A stretch of DNA of 64,000 nt from positions 5,706 through 69,705 of the forward strand of contig CAIKWD010000011.1 in the NCBI GenBank assembly GCA_903831095.1. Direction: 5' to 3'. This stretch comes from Candidatus Staskawiczbacteria bacterium (GTDB taxonomy: Bacteria; Patescibacteriota; Minisyncoccia; Minisyncoccales; Staskawiczbacteraceae). How positions within the stretch are numbered: the stretch's first letter is position 1; each line of letters starts with the position of its first letter. Shown piece by piece: positions 19,479 through 26,151 of the stretch. The notes beneath the pieces were generated by a model. That model made no database searches. It saw only the letters and a list, made by a program, of their open reading frames with translations, and was not told where the DNA came from. The position numbers and the translations under genes are program-made.

Positions 19479-19874
19479 TCATACTATACCTAGCTTCTTT
19501 TTTACCTGTACAATTATCTGGTCAACCGGCACATCGGACTTGATTATATAATCAGACTGAATGGTTTCTATGGCCTTGCTCATATGTTCGACATCTCCCA
19601 TATTTGTTAAAAATATTATTGGCGTGGTTACTCCTTTCAACTTCATTTGCTGAGCCATTTCAATGCCATTCATTTTTGGCATCATAATATCCAACAAAAT
19701 CAAATCTGGTTTTTCCTCCTCAATCATTTTTAGGCCCTCTTCCCCGTCTCCAGCGCTGACAACCGGAAACCCAACTGCAGAAAAGCTCTGGCGTATAATC
19801 CAAAGAAATTGTTCATCGTCCTCTACTATTAATATTTTTTTACCTGTACCCCGAGGGGTATTTATTTGATTCAT
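19479..19874 (-). CDS. Single-domain response regulator (CheY-like receiver), paralog of 12793-13179
   Basis: KKILIVEDDEQF..AGDGEEG..EKPDLILLDIMMPKMNGIEMA..PIIFLTNM. The track start is TTG; the first ATG is at 19874 (MNQINT). Confidence 0.85.
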   Translation of the reverse strand: MNQINTPRGTGKKILIVEDDEQFLWIIRQSFSAVGFPVVSAGDGEEGLKMIEEEKPDLILLDIMMPKMNGIEMAQQMKLKGVTTPIIFLTNMGDVEHMSKAIETIQSDYIIKSDVPVDQIIVQVKKKLGIV

Positions 19875-19985
19875 ATATTTCAAGCATTTTACATTATTGC
19901 CTGTACTCTAATAATAGCGCTAAACCAAACCAAGAGCAAGAAAGATATCAACATATCAGCATTAAAAAGCTAGGCAAGACTTTAC

Positions 19986-20692
19986 TTATGATCTAAGCTT
20001 TTTAATCCAATCTTCTGCAACCTCAAGCGCTTTATTTTTATTTAAAACTTCATTGTGCCCAGGAAAGATAAGATCAAAATTTAGATTAGATATGTTTTTA
20101 AGTGACTTTACAAATTTATTTTTATTATAATTTGGAAAATCAAAATATATTTTACCATTATATAAGGCGTCTCCAGTTACTAAAATCTCTTTTTCCTTTT
20201 CATAATATGCCACACAATCATCTGTATGGCCTGGCACGTTAATTAAGTCAAAATAAAAAGACCCTATATCTAATTTATTAACAACCATGGCTCCATTTTT
20301 CCAATAACCTCTTTGCAATCTTCAAATATATCCATATTACTTAAATTTGGTAAAACCTCTTTATCAAAATCCTTAAATTTTAAATATTCAAATCCCCACA
20401 TTTTTTTGTCTTTTAAATTCTTATATATTTTCTGCGTAACTATGATATCTTGTGGCAAAAAATGCTTAATCCCACCAATATGATCAAAATGTGAGTGGGT
20501 CAGAACAACCTTGATATTTTTAAAACCTTTCTTGTTTAGAAACTCCTTAAGATTAAATAGTCCCAATCCGCAGTCAAACAAAATATTTATTTTTTTATCA
20601 TGGAATAAATACAAATTAGCGTGCTCTTTAAACCACGGCTCTTCTATTTTATATATATTTCTGTTATTTTTTTTAATATTAAATTTTTTCAT
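19986..20692 (-). pseudogene. MBL-fold metallo-hydrolase interrupted by a frameshift in an A5 run
   Basis: ORF 20270-20692 carries THSHFDHIGG (HxHxDH). ORF 19986-20318 carries the C-terminal half (PGHTDD, TGD, PGH). The frames join if one A is added to the A5 run (T5 on plus at 20296-20300), giving ..CKEVIGK|NGAMVVNKLD. Confidence 0.6.
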
Positions 20693-20695
20693 AAA

Positions 20696-21415
20696 TTAGA
20701 TAGAAAAAATATTTTTAATAGAATAATCAACCGCTGATTGGACTATTATCTCTATCGTATTAAAAAGTTTAATATCTGTGTGTGTTTGATTTATTGCCAA
20801 TGGAATTTCCGTGCAACCCATAACAATGGCTTCTACTCCCTTCTTGATATAATCTCGTGCCACATCCTTCAACAAAATAATATCATCATCCTTTTGATTA
20901 CCTCCCATAACGTGTTCTATTACTAAATTTAATATTTTTTGCTGGCTAAGATTTGGAGAAATAACTTCAATATTGCTTTTGCCAAATTTATTCTGATATA
21001 AACCAGATTTAACTGTGCTTTCCGAGGCAAATAGTCCAACTTTTTTATAACCAAATTCAATTACTTTATTTTTTGTTTCCTCAACAATATTCAAAATTGG
21101 TATTTTTACAGCTGCCTGCATTTTTTCATAAAGTATATGAACTGTATTACATCCAATAATTATCAGATCACATCCTGCCGCTTCTAATTTCTTGACTCCA
21201 ACCACAAGCTGATCTTCAACCAACTTTATATTTGTAATTCCAGTTTCATCAAAACCATCTAGAGGCAAACTGTAGATTATTATAGGCGGATAATCAGTGT
21301 CTTGAATTGCATTGTATTTATGCTGTGAATATTTAATAATTTCCATGTATAGGTTGGCAGAAGCACCCGGACCCATACCGCCCAATACTCCAATTGTTTT
21401 ATTTTTGCTTTTCAT
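20696..21415 (-). CDS. Aspartate/glutamate racemase family protein
   Basis: IGVLGGMGPGASANLY, with the two catalytic Cys contexts IIIGCNTVH and VMGCTEIP. Confidence 0.8.
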   Translation of the reverse strand: MKSKNKTIGVLGGMGPGASANLYMEIIKYSQHKYNAIQDTDYPPIIIYSLPLDGFDETGITNIKLVEDQLVVGVKKLEAAGCDLIIIGCNTVHILYEKMQAAVKIPILNIVEETKNKVIEFGYKKVGLFASESTVKSGLYQNKFGKSNIEVISPNLSQQKILNLVIEHVMGGNQKDDDIILLKDVARDYIKKGVEAIVMGCTEIPLAINQTHTDIKLFNTIEIIVQSAVDYSIKNIFSI

Positions 21416-22083
21416 AATTCTATGCTTTTATAAATTGAATATTTTTTATTTAAGACCGCCGCCCAATATCTATCGCCAAACGACCAATGCCACCATTCAG
21501 TCGGATAATTTACAAACCCTGCCTTCTCCATGACTTTTATCAATATCTTTCTGTTCATTTTGACTATATTTGATACACTATTCGAATTGGTCATGGTTTT
21601 TTCCAAATGCATATCTGCTCCAATTTTTGTTCCCATATCCAATTGTTTGCCATTATTCCCAATTATAGAAATATCCACTGCACCTCCAGTTGAATGTGGA
21701 GGGACAATATCCAATGGGGCAACAAATTTACTTGTTTCTTCTCGCAATTTGTCCAAACTCCAATCTGGATGGCCACACTTAATTTTATTGTATGTTTTCT
21801 GATAAATTTCTTTTTGAATTTTTATAGACCGATAACCGCAACGCAAAAGAATTTTATAACCTTGAGGTAATAATTTTTGTGCTATTTTTAATCTCTTTGC
21901 TACTCCAATTCTTACCATTAAGGTTTGCTTAACAAATTTATTTCCTTCACATTCAATATATTTTGGTACTTTGATTATTATTTCGGGAATTAAATCTTTA
22001 ATAAAAACAATTTTTTCCCCATTGTCTTTTATAGGTATTTTTATAAGTTTCTTATCTGAAATTAATTTTATATTTTTAGTCAT
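21412..22083 (-). CDS. ddpX: D-alanyl-D-alanine dipeptidase (M15D, VanX/DdpX-like)
   Basis: LRCGYRS, HSTGGAVDISI and EWWHWSFGD motifs. The start is set at ATG 22083 (MTKNIKL) because the longer track ORF runs through a terminator hairpin at 22099-22131. Confidence 0.8.
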   Translation of the reverse strand: MTKNIKLISDKKLIKIPIKDNGEKIVFIKDLIPEIIIKVPKYIECEGNKFVKQTLMVRIGVAKRLKIAQKLLPQGYKILLRCGYRSIKIQKEIYQKTYNKIKCGHPDWSLDKLREETSKFVAPLDIVPPHSTGGAVDISIIGNNGKQLDMGTKIGADMHLEKTMTNSNSVSNIVKMNRKILIKVMEKAGFVNYPTEWWHWSFGDRYWAAVLNKKYSIYKSIEL

Positions 22084-22098
22084 GATTTTTAATTTATA

Positions 22099-22131
22099 TA
22101 ATAAAACAGACGGCTTATTTAAGACCGTCTG
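22099..22131 (-). terminator. Rho-independent terminator downstream of rpmG
   Basis: Minus strand: CAGACGG-TCTTAAATAAG-CCGTCTG followed by TTTTATTAT (7-bp perfect stem). Confidence 0.6.
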
Positions 22132-22361
22132 GTAATGTTCAAATAAATTGTAATTAGAAACTCCTAAAAATTTAAACGCTAACAAACAGTCTCAAATTGT
22201 TTGAGTTCCTTCTCCTGATTAAGGTTTTGACTGTTTGATTAATATTCATGTTTTTTACTTATAATTAACACTACACCTATAAGATAACTCTGTCAATATT
22301 TTACCTGAAACAAAAAGCCCGAGCTTTTGGCTCAGACTTTTCCGTCGCACAATAGATAAAT

Positions 22362-22523
22362 TTATCTCTTGCTCTCTTTATGCTTTGTGTGCTTTCTGCA
22401 AGTAGAACAAAACTTGCTCAACTCGAGTTTTTTTTCGGCTGTTGCTTTTGATTTTTTTGTAAAATAGTTTGTATTTTTACAAGTTGCACACTGAATTTTT
22501 ATATACGGTTTTTTTACTGCCAT
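22362..22523 (-). CDS. rpmG: 50S ribosomal protein L33
   Basis: 53-aa ORF below the track cutoff, translated by hand: MAVKKPYIKIQCATCKNTNYFTKKSKATAEKKLELSKFCSTCRKHTKHKESKR*. It has the two CxxC pairs and the KHTxHKE motif typical of L33. Confidence 0.85.
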   Translation of the reverse strand: MAVKKPYIKIQCATCKNTNYFTKKSKATAEKKLELSKFCSTCRKHTKHKESKR

Positions 22524-22556
22524 AATGATTTTTACTGTTAATTATTAAATTATCTG

Positions 22557-22628
22557 AGCCGATGGCCAGAATTGGACTGGCGACCTTTTTCTTACCAAGA
22601 AAATGCTCTACCACTGAGCTACATCGGC
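22557..22628 (-). tRNA. tRNA-Thr (anticodon GGU), no encoded CCA
   Basis: Minus strand: GCCGATG TA GCTCAGTGGTAGAGC A TTTTC TTGGTAA GAAAA AGGTC GCCAG TCCAATT CTGGC CATCGGC T. Full cloverleaf. The T-loop is non-canonical. Confidence 0.8.
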
Positions 22629-22676
22629 AAATCGCTCGACGTAGCCTGCACTTCTTGTGCGGAGCGAGTCGAAGTG
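22629..22676 (-). repeat. GC-rich palindromic spacer between the two tRNAs
   Basis: Minus strand: CTTCGAC TCGCTC CGCAC AAGAA GTGCAGGCTAC GTCGAGCGAT. Arms TCGAC/GTCGA or TCGCTC/GAGCGA, inner GCAC/GTGC. Shares the CTTCGAC and GAGCGA words with other GC-rich elements in the window. Confidence 0.4.
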
Positions 22677-22759
22677 TGGGCGCGGTAGGACTTGCACCTA
22701 CGAAGGGGAAACCCCGTTAGATTTACAGTCTAATGCCTTTGCTGCTCAGCCACACGCCC
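22677..22759 (-). tRNA. tRNA-Tyr (anticodon GUA), long variable arm, no encoded CCA
   Basis: Minus strand: GGGCGTG TG GCTGAGCAGCAAAGGC A TTAGA CTGTAAA TCTAA CGGGGTTTCCCCTTC GTAGG TGCAAGT CCTAC CGCGCCC A. Type II tRNA architecture as in bacterial tRNA-Tyr. Confidence 0.8.
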
Positions 22760-22784
22760 AATACTAATACTTTTACCACGAAAT

Positions 22785-23456
22785 TTAATCTTTTTCAATA
22801 ACCTTGCCGTGACTTCGCTTCCATTCGTCTATTTTCTTATGGTCGCCAGACAAAAGCACAGCTGGAACCTTCCATTTCTTGCCCTTTTGCGGCTCATAAA
22901 TTTCTGGCCGGGTATACTGCGCATATTCTAAAAATCCACCCGACTTAGAAATTCTTTCTTCCAATAATTGCTTTTTTCCAATAACTCCCGGAACAAGCCT
23001 TGAAATTGTTTCAATTACCACCATGGCTGGCAATTCCCCACCCATTAAGTCATAGTCGCCAATAGAGACTTCCATGTCGGCAATTTTTTCTGCAACTCTT
23101 TCGTCTACTCCCTCGTATCTTCCGCAAATAAAAATTATTTGATTTTCTTTAGCTAATTTATATGCCATAGTTTGATCAAACTTTTGTCCGCGTGGAGTAA
23201 AAAGTATAATTTTTGCCTTCTTGTCCTTATTTACCTGTTTTACAGCCTTGTATATAGGATCCACTTTTAAAACCATTCCTAATCCCCCGCCAAATGGCCT
23301 GTCGTCTACAGTCTGATGATTGTCTGTTGTCCACTTTCTTAAATTGTGCAAATTTATTTTTATAAACTTTTTTTCTATGGCTCGTGCAATCAAACTTTCG
23401 CCCATATAGGACTTAAACATTTCCGGAAAAATTGTAATTACATCAAACTTAATCAT
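22785..23456 (-). CDS. trmD: tRNA (guanine37-N1)-methyltransferase
   Basis: MIKFDVITIFPEMF..., IFICGRYEGVDERV and GDYDLMGGELPAMV are TrmD signatures. Confidence 0.9.
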   Translation of the reverse strand: MIKFDVITIFPEMFKSYMGESLIARAIEKKFIKINLHNLRKWTTDNHQTVDDRPFGGGLGMVLKVDPIYKAVKQVNKDKKAKIILFTPRGQKFDQTMAYKLAKENQIIFICGRYEGVDERVAEKIADMEVSIGDYDLMGGELPAMVVIETISRLVPGVIGKKQLLEERISKSGGFLEYAQYTRPEIYEPQKGKKWKVPAVLLSGDHKKIDEWKRSHGKVIEKD

Positions 23457-23465
23457 GTAAAACTA

Positions 23466-23560
23466 AAGCGAGGTAATAAACTTTTTGAAGTCCCTGGTCC
23501 ACTTGTCCCGCAGGACAAAGGGGGTTACCAGCAGACGGAAAAAAGTTTATTGCCGAGCGA
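23466..23560 (+). repeat. Copy A of a ~95-nt imperfect-palindromic repeat element
   Basis: AAGCGAGGTAATAAACTTTTTGAAGTCCCTGGTCCACTTGTCCCGCAGGACAAAGGGGGTTACCAGCAGACGGAAAAAAGTTTATTGCCGAGCGA. Near-identical to 53318-53412, and shares both termini with 25381-25458. The outer stem GGTAATAAACTTTTT/AAAAAGTTTATTGCC is perfect except for one U:G pair. Confidence 0.7.
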
Positions 23561-23586
23561 AAATGAAAACCGCGCCTTTCGGCGCG
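23561..23586 (-). terminator. Rho-independent terminator after the KH-protein gene
   Basis: Minus strand: CGCGCC-GAAA-GGCGCG followed by GTTTTCATTTT. Confidence 0.65.
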
Positions 23587-23602
23587 ATGTTCACTCTTTA
23601 AA

Positions 23603-23923
23603 TTATAAAGAAATATTGTCGATGTCGTCTGCTGGGGAAACTTCTTTCCTCTCAGCTCTTGGAGCACGTCCGCCCTCTGGTTCCTCAATCTTGAGGTTTA
23701 CCCTGGCGTGGTTCTTTAATCCGACTATTCGGACCAAGTTCCTGATTGCCTTAGCAGTTGATCCTTCTCTTCCTATGATTTGACCCATATCTTCTGGGTT
23801 TACTTTCAATGAAAGCAATACTCCCATTTCGTCAACCTTTCTCTCGCATTTGACGTCCTTAGGATTATCAACTAATGCTTTGACAATGTACTCAAGAAAT
23901 TCTAAATCCAATTCTTTTGCCAT
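23603..23923 (-). CDS. KH-domain RNA-binding protein (YlqC-like) with charged C-terminal tail
   Basis: The core GQIIGREGSTAKAIRNLV carries the KH GxxG motif. It sits in the conserved position between rpsP and trmD. About 25 extra C-terminal residues. Confidence 0.8.
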   Translation of the reverse strand: MAKELDLEFLEYIVKALVDNPKDVKCERKVDEMGVLLSLKVNPEDMGQIIGREGSTAKAIRNLVRIVGLKNHARVNLKIEEPEGGRAPRAERKEVSPADDIDNISL

Positions 23924-24023
23924 ATTTTCTTGAATCTTTTATCAATTAATCATTATATCGTAGCTCTCGACCTGTATTAGAACTACATTTATTATTTTAC
24001 TAAATTATATCCATATGTCAATA

Positions 24024-24512
24024 TCATATCCAAAAAATTGGGTTCAAATATATTACCCAGGCAGCGGCAGATGGCACAAAAACTAATAAATAAAAAATCA
24101 ATCCAGCTAATAGACTAAGTGCCAAAATCCATATATTAACAGCAATGTTTCCCTGCTTCTTCGCTAATACAATAATTGTTTTAATAATAATCCCAATTAA
24201 AATTACCGAAATTACAAAAAAACCCATCATCATAAAGCTATCCAAATTACTTTGGTCAATTTGAGTGGGAGCTTGGTCTCTAAAACCCCAAAGAATCATA
24301 TAAATAGGCATTATTATTATACCCGGAATTGCAAAATAAAGGCCAATGATAGTTCTAATAATTGCGCTTTTACCATATATAAAAATAATTATCAAAGAAA
24401 GTAAAACATTAGCAATCAAAAAAATATCTCCACTGATAAGGTTATAATAAAACCAAGCCCATAAAAAAACATACATAAAAAACCATGTTAAAACTTTAGA
24501 CTTTGAAATCAT
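24024..24512 (-). CDS. Hypothetical multi-pass membrane protein
   Basis: 162 aa with about five hydrophobic helices. No family recognised. It lies inside the rpsP-KH-trmD neighbourhood where rimM often sits. Confidence 0.6.
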   Translation of the reverse strand: MISKSKVLTWFFMYVFLWAWFYYNLISGDIFLIANVLLSLIIIFIYGKSAIIRTIIGLYFAIPGIIIMPIYMILWGFRDQAPTQIDQSNLDSFMMMGFFVISVILIGIIIKTIIVLAKKQGNIAVNIWILALSLLAGLIFYLLVFVPSAAAWVIYLNPIFWI

Positions 24513-24574
24513 CTTTATTTTATTTAATGTTAATTACCTTATTTTATCACAACTACAAAAAATTACACACTAAA

Positions 24575-24743
24575 AAAGGCGCTGAGGGTCTGAAACAGAA
24601 TTAGAATCATTTTAGCTAAACAAAAAAGGCGCTTGGGTGATTTCTTCTATTTTTTGATAGCCTAGTCGCTCGTGTCCCGCAGCCGGAACCGCAGGATCGG
24701 TTGATAAAGCCCGATGTGTCGAAGAAATCGCCTAAACGCCTTT
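24575..24743. other. Candidate structured RNA / palindromic element with alternative arms (strand unresolved)
   Basis: AAAGGCGCTTGGGTGATTTCTTC (24625-24647) pairs with GAAGAAATCGCCTAAACGCCTTT (24721-24743), about 23 bp. A second copy of the left arm, AAAGGCGCTGAGGG, lies at 24575-24588. The interior is GC-rich with an ATCGG/CCGAT hairpin. Confidence 0.35.
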
Positions 24744-24876
24744 GTTTCTCAATCTACTCTATATAATTACTCATTCCGTTCAAAATGAAAATAAATTTTC
24801 ATTCCTCACTTCATATCCTAATTATAGCATATACAAGAAGTCTTGTCAATAGATGCTATATGTTTGTACTACCAAC

Positions 24877-24899
24877 TAAAAAACCTGCTTTCCAGCAGG
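24877..24899 (-). terminator. Rho-independent terminator after rpsP
   Basis: Minus strand: CCTGCT-GGAA-AGCAGG followed by TTTTTTAG. Confidence 0.7.
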
Positions 24900-24916
24900 C
24901 TTTCAGATTTAAAATC

Positions 24917-25354
24917 TTATGCTGCTGCCTCGCCCGTAGGCGTAGCCTCAGGGCTACGGCCGAGGGGTTTTTCCTCTGCAGGTGCTGCTGGAGCTGGGGC
25001 TGGTGCTGCGGCCGGTGCAGCTGCTGGTGTAGCCTCGGCTGCATGTTTTGCCTCGCCCGTAGGCGTGGCCTCTGGGCTACGGCCGAGGGGCTTTTTGGAA
25101 ACGTTGATTTTCTTTGCGTCTATAATCTTTTCAGAAACCAAGAGGTTGTGTATTGAGGCCGAAGGCTGTGCGCCTTTGGATATCCAGTACAATATTCTTT
25201 CTTTGTTAAAGCTTTTCTTTTTTGTGAGCGGGTCTACATATCCCAAATCTTCAACAGCTCTTCCGCCTGTTGACGACCTTCTCTTATCTATTACAACCAC
25301 TCTGAAAAATGGCTGATTCTTTTTACCTTTTCTTGTTAATCTTATTGTAAGCAT
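24917..25354 (-). CDS. rpsP: 30S ribosomal protein S16 with ~60-aa Ala/Pro-rich C-terminal extension
   Basis: MLTIRLTRKGKKNQPFFRVVVIDKR... is the S16 core. The tail contains KKPLGRSPEATPTGEA twice and an (A/P)n run, all encoded by GC-rich repeat DNA. Confidence 0.9.
   Translation of the reverse strand: MLTIRLTRKGKKNQPFFRVVVIDKRRSSTGGRAVEDLGYVDPLTKKKSFNKERILYWISKGAQPSASIHNLLVSEKIIDAKKINVSKKPLGRSPEATPTGEAKHAAEATPAAAPAAAPAPAPAAPAEEKPLGRSPEATPTGEAAA
24927..24972. repeat. GC-rich palindromic unit, copy 1 (inside the rpsP 3' end)
   Basis: Plus strand: GCCTCGCCCGTAGGCGTAGCCTCAGGGCTACGGCCGAGGGGTTTTT. Inner stem CGTAGCC/GGCTACG, outer CCTCG/CGAGG. Confidence 0.7.
25050..25096. repeat. GC-rich palindromic unit, copy 2 (inside rpsP)
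   Basis: Plus strand: GCCTCGCCCGTAGGCGTGGCCTCTGGGCTACGGCCGAGGGGCTTTTT. It lies 123 nt (41 codons) from copy 1 with only a few substitutions. Confidence 0.7.
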
Positions 25355-25380
25355 GTTTTTATTATTTTTATTATTTAATT

Positions 25381-25458
25381 AAGCGAGGTAATAAGCTTTT
25401 TGCAGGCCTCTGAGACACGAAGTGCCAGATAGCCGGAAAAAAGATTGTTGCCGAGCGA
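25381..25458 (+). repeat. Copy B of the palindromic repeat element (same termini, different core)
   Basis: AAGCGAGGTAATAAGCTTTTTGCAGGCCTCTGAGACACGAAGTGCCAGATAGCCGGAAAAAAGATTGTTGCCGAGCGA. It fills the rnc-rpsP intergenic region, and its last base abuts the rnc stop codon. Confidence 0.65.
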
Positions 25459-26151
25459 TTATTCCCATTTCTTCACACCAAGAGCTAATTCTGCTGCTGC
25501 TTCCTCGGCTTCCCTCTTAGATGTTCCATGGCCTTCGGCAACCAATTCTGAACCAAGATATACTCCCACCACAAACTGCTTTTCGTGGTCTGGCCCTGAC
25601 TCTTTCATTACTTTATAATTTGGCGTGATTGAAACTCTTTCTTGTGCCTCTTCCTGAAATTTTGACTTAGCATCTTTATAAGAACCGTCTTGTATAATGT
25701 CTGCTAATTTCACCAACAAATATTTTTCAATAAATTCATCACATGGTTTGAAACCAGAATCCAAGTAAAGCGCTCCAAGCAATGCTTCAAATGCGTTTGC
25801 TAAAATATATGCTCTGGCTTTTCCTAATTCTTTTGACTCCCCTTTTGAAAGCAATAAGAATTCGTTAAACCCCAATTCTTCGGCAACGCTGGTTAACATT
25901 TTAGCATTTACCAGGGCAGCTCTCCAATTAGTCAGGTCGCCCTCTGCTTTTTCTGGAAAATCCTTATAAAGATGTGAAGTAACAATAAGTTCCATTACTG
26001 CGTCGCCCAAAAACTCCAACCTCTCATTGTGATCTAGTTTGAAATCCGGGTTTTCATTAAGGTAAGACCTGTGCGTAAAAGCTTGTTCCAGTAAGTCCTT
26101 GTTTTTAAATTTTAATCCCAGCTTTTTTTCTAGGATTGAAAAGTCTTTCAT
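25459..26151 (-). CDS. rnc: Ribonuclease III
   Basis: The RNase III signature NERLEFLGDAV and a C-terminal dsRBD (KSKFQE...). Confidence 0.9.
   Translation of the reverse strand: MKDFSILEKKLGLKFKNKDLLEQAFTHRSYLNENPDFKLDHNERLEFLGDAVMELIVTSHLYKDFPEKAEGDLTNWRAALVNAKMLTSVAEELGFNEFLLLSKGESKELGKARAYILANAFEALLGALYLDSGFKPCDEFIEKYLLVKLADIIQDGSYKDAKSKFQEEAQERVSITPNYKVMKESGPDHEKQFVVGVYLGSELVAEGHGTSKREAEEAAAELALGVKKWE

Noticed and set aside
22084-22185. An N-terminal extension of the dipeptidase (track ORF start at 22185)
   Set aside because: The extension has no ATG start, contains a strong terminator hairpin (22099-22131), and is not part of the M15 fold. ATG 22083 (MTKNIKL) is preferred.
22557-22759. 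The tRNA pair as an integration site for a prophage or island
   Set aside because: No integrase, no direct repeat of a tRNA 3' end, and no compositional break was seen on either side. The flanking genes are core translation genes.
23346-23783. ORFs 23346-23783 (+) and 23449-23688 (-) spanning the trmD/KH intergenic region
   Set aside because: They read through the repeat element and a terminator hairpin and overlap well-supported genes. The peptide similarity to the MiaB insert reflects the shared nucleotide element, not a protein family.
24625-24743. SRP (4.5S) RNA, or a known small riboswitch (preQ1-I, fluoride, guanidine-II/III, TPP)
   Set aside because: The long closing helix suggested SRP RNA. 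However, the GGAA here (CCGGAACC) is not closed by base pairs, and the AGCA/GGA symmetric-loop motifs are absent. Consensus cores of the riboswitch classes I could recall are not present by eye. It is kept only as an unclassified structured element.
24785-25316. Plus-strand ORFs 24785-25156 and 24843-25316, and minus-strand ORF 24856-25044, with Ala/Gly/Arg/Cys-rich products
   Set aside because: They are artefacts of the GC-rich palindromic repeat region, which has few stop codons in any frame. The real gene here is rpsP on the minus strand, with a recognisable S16 core.
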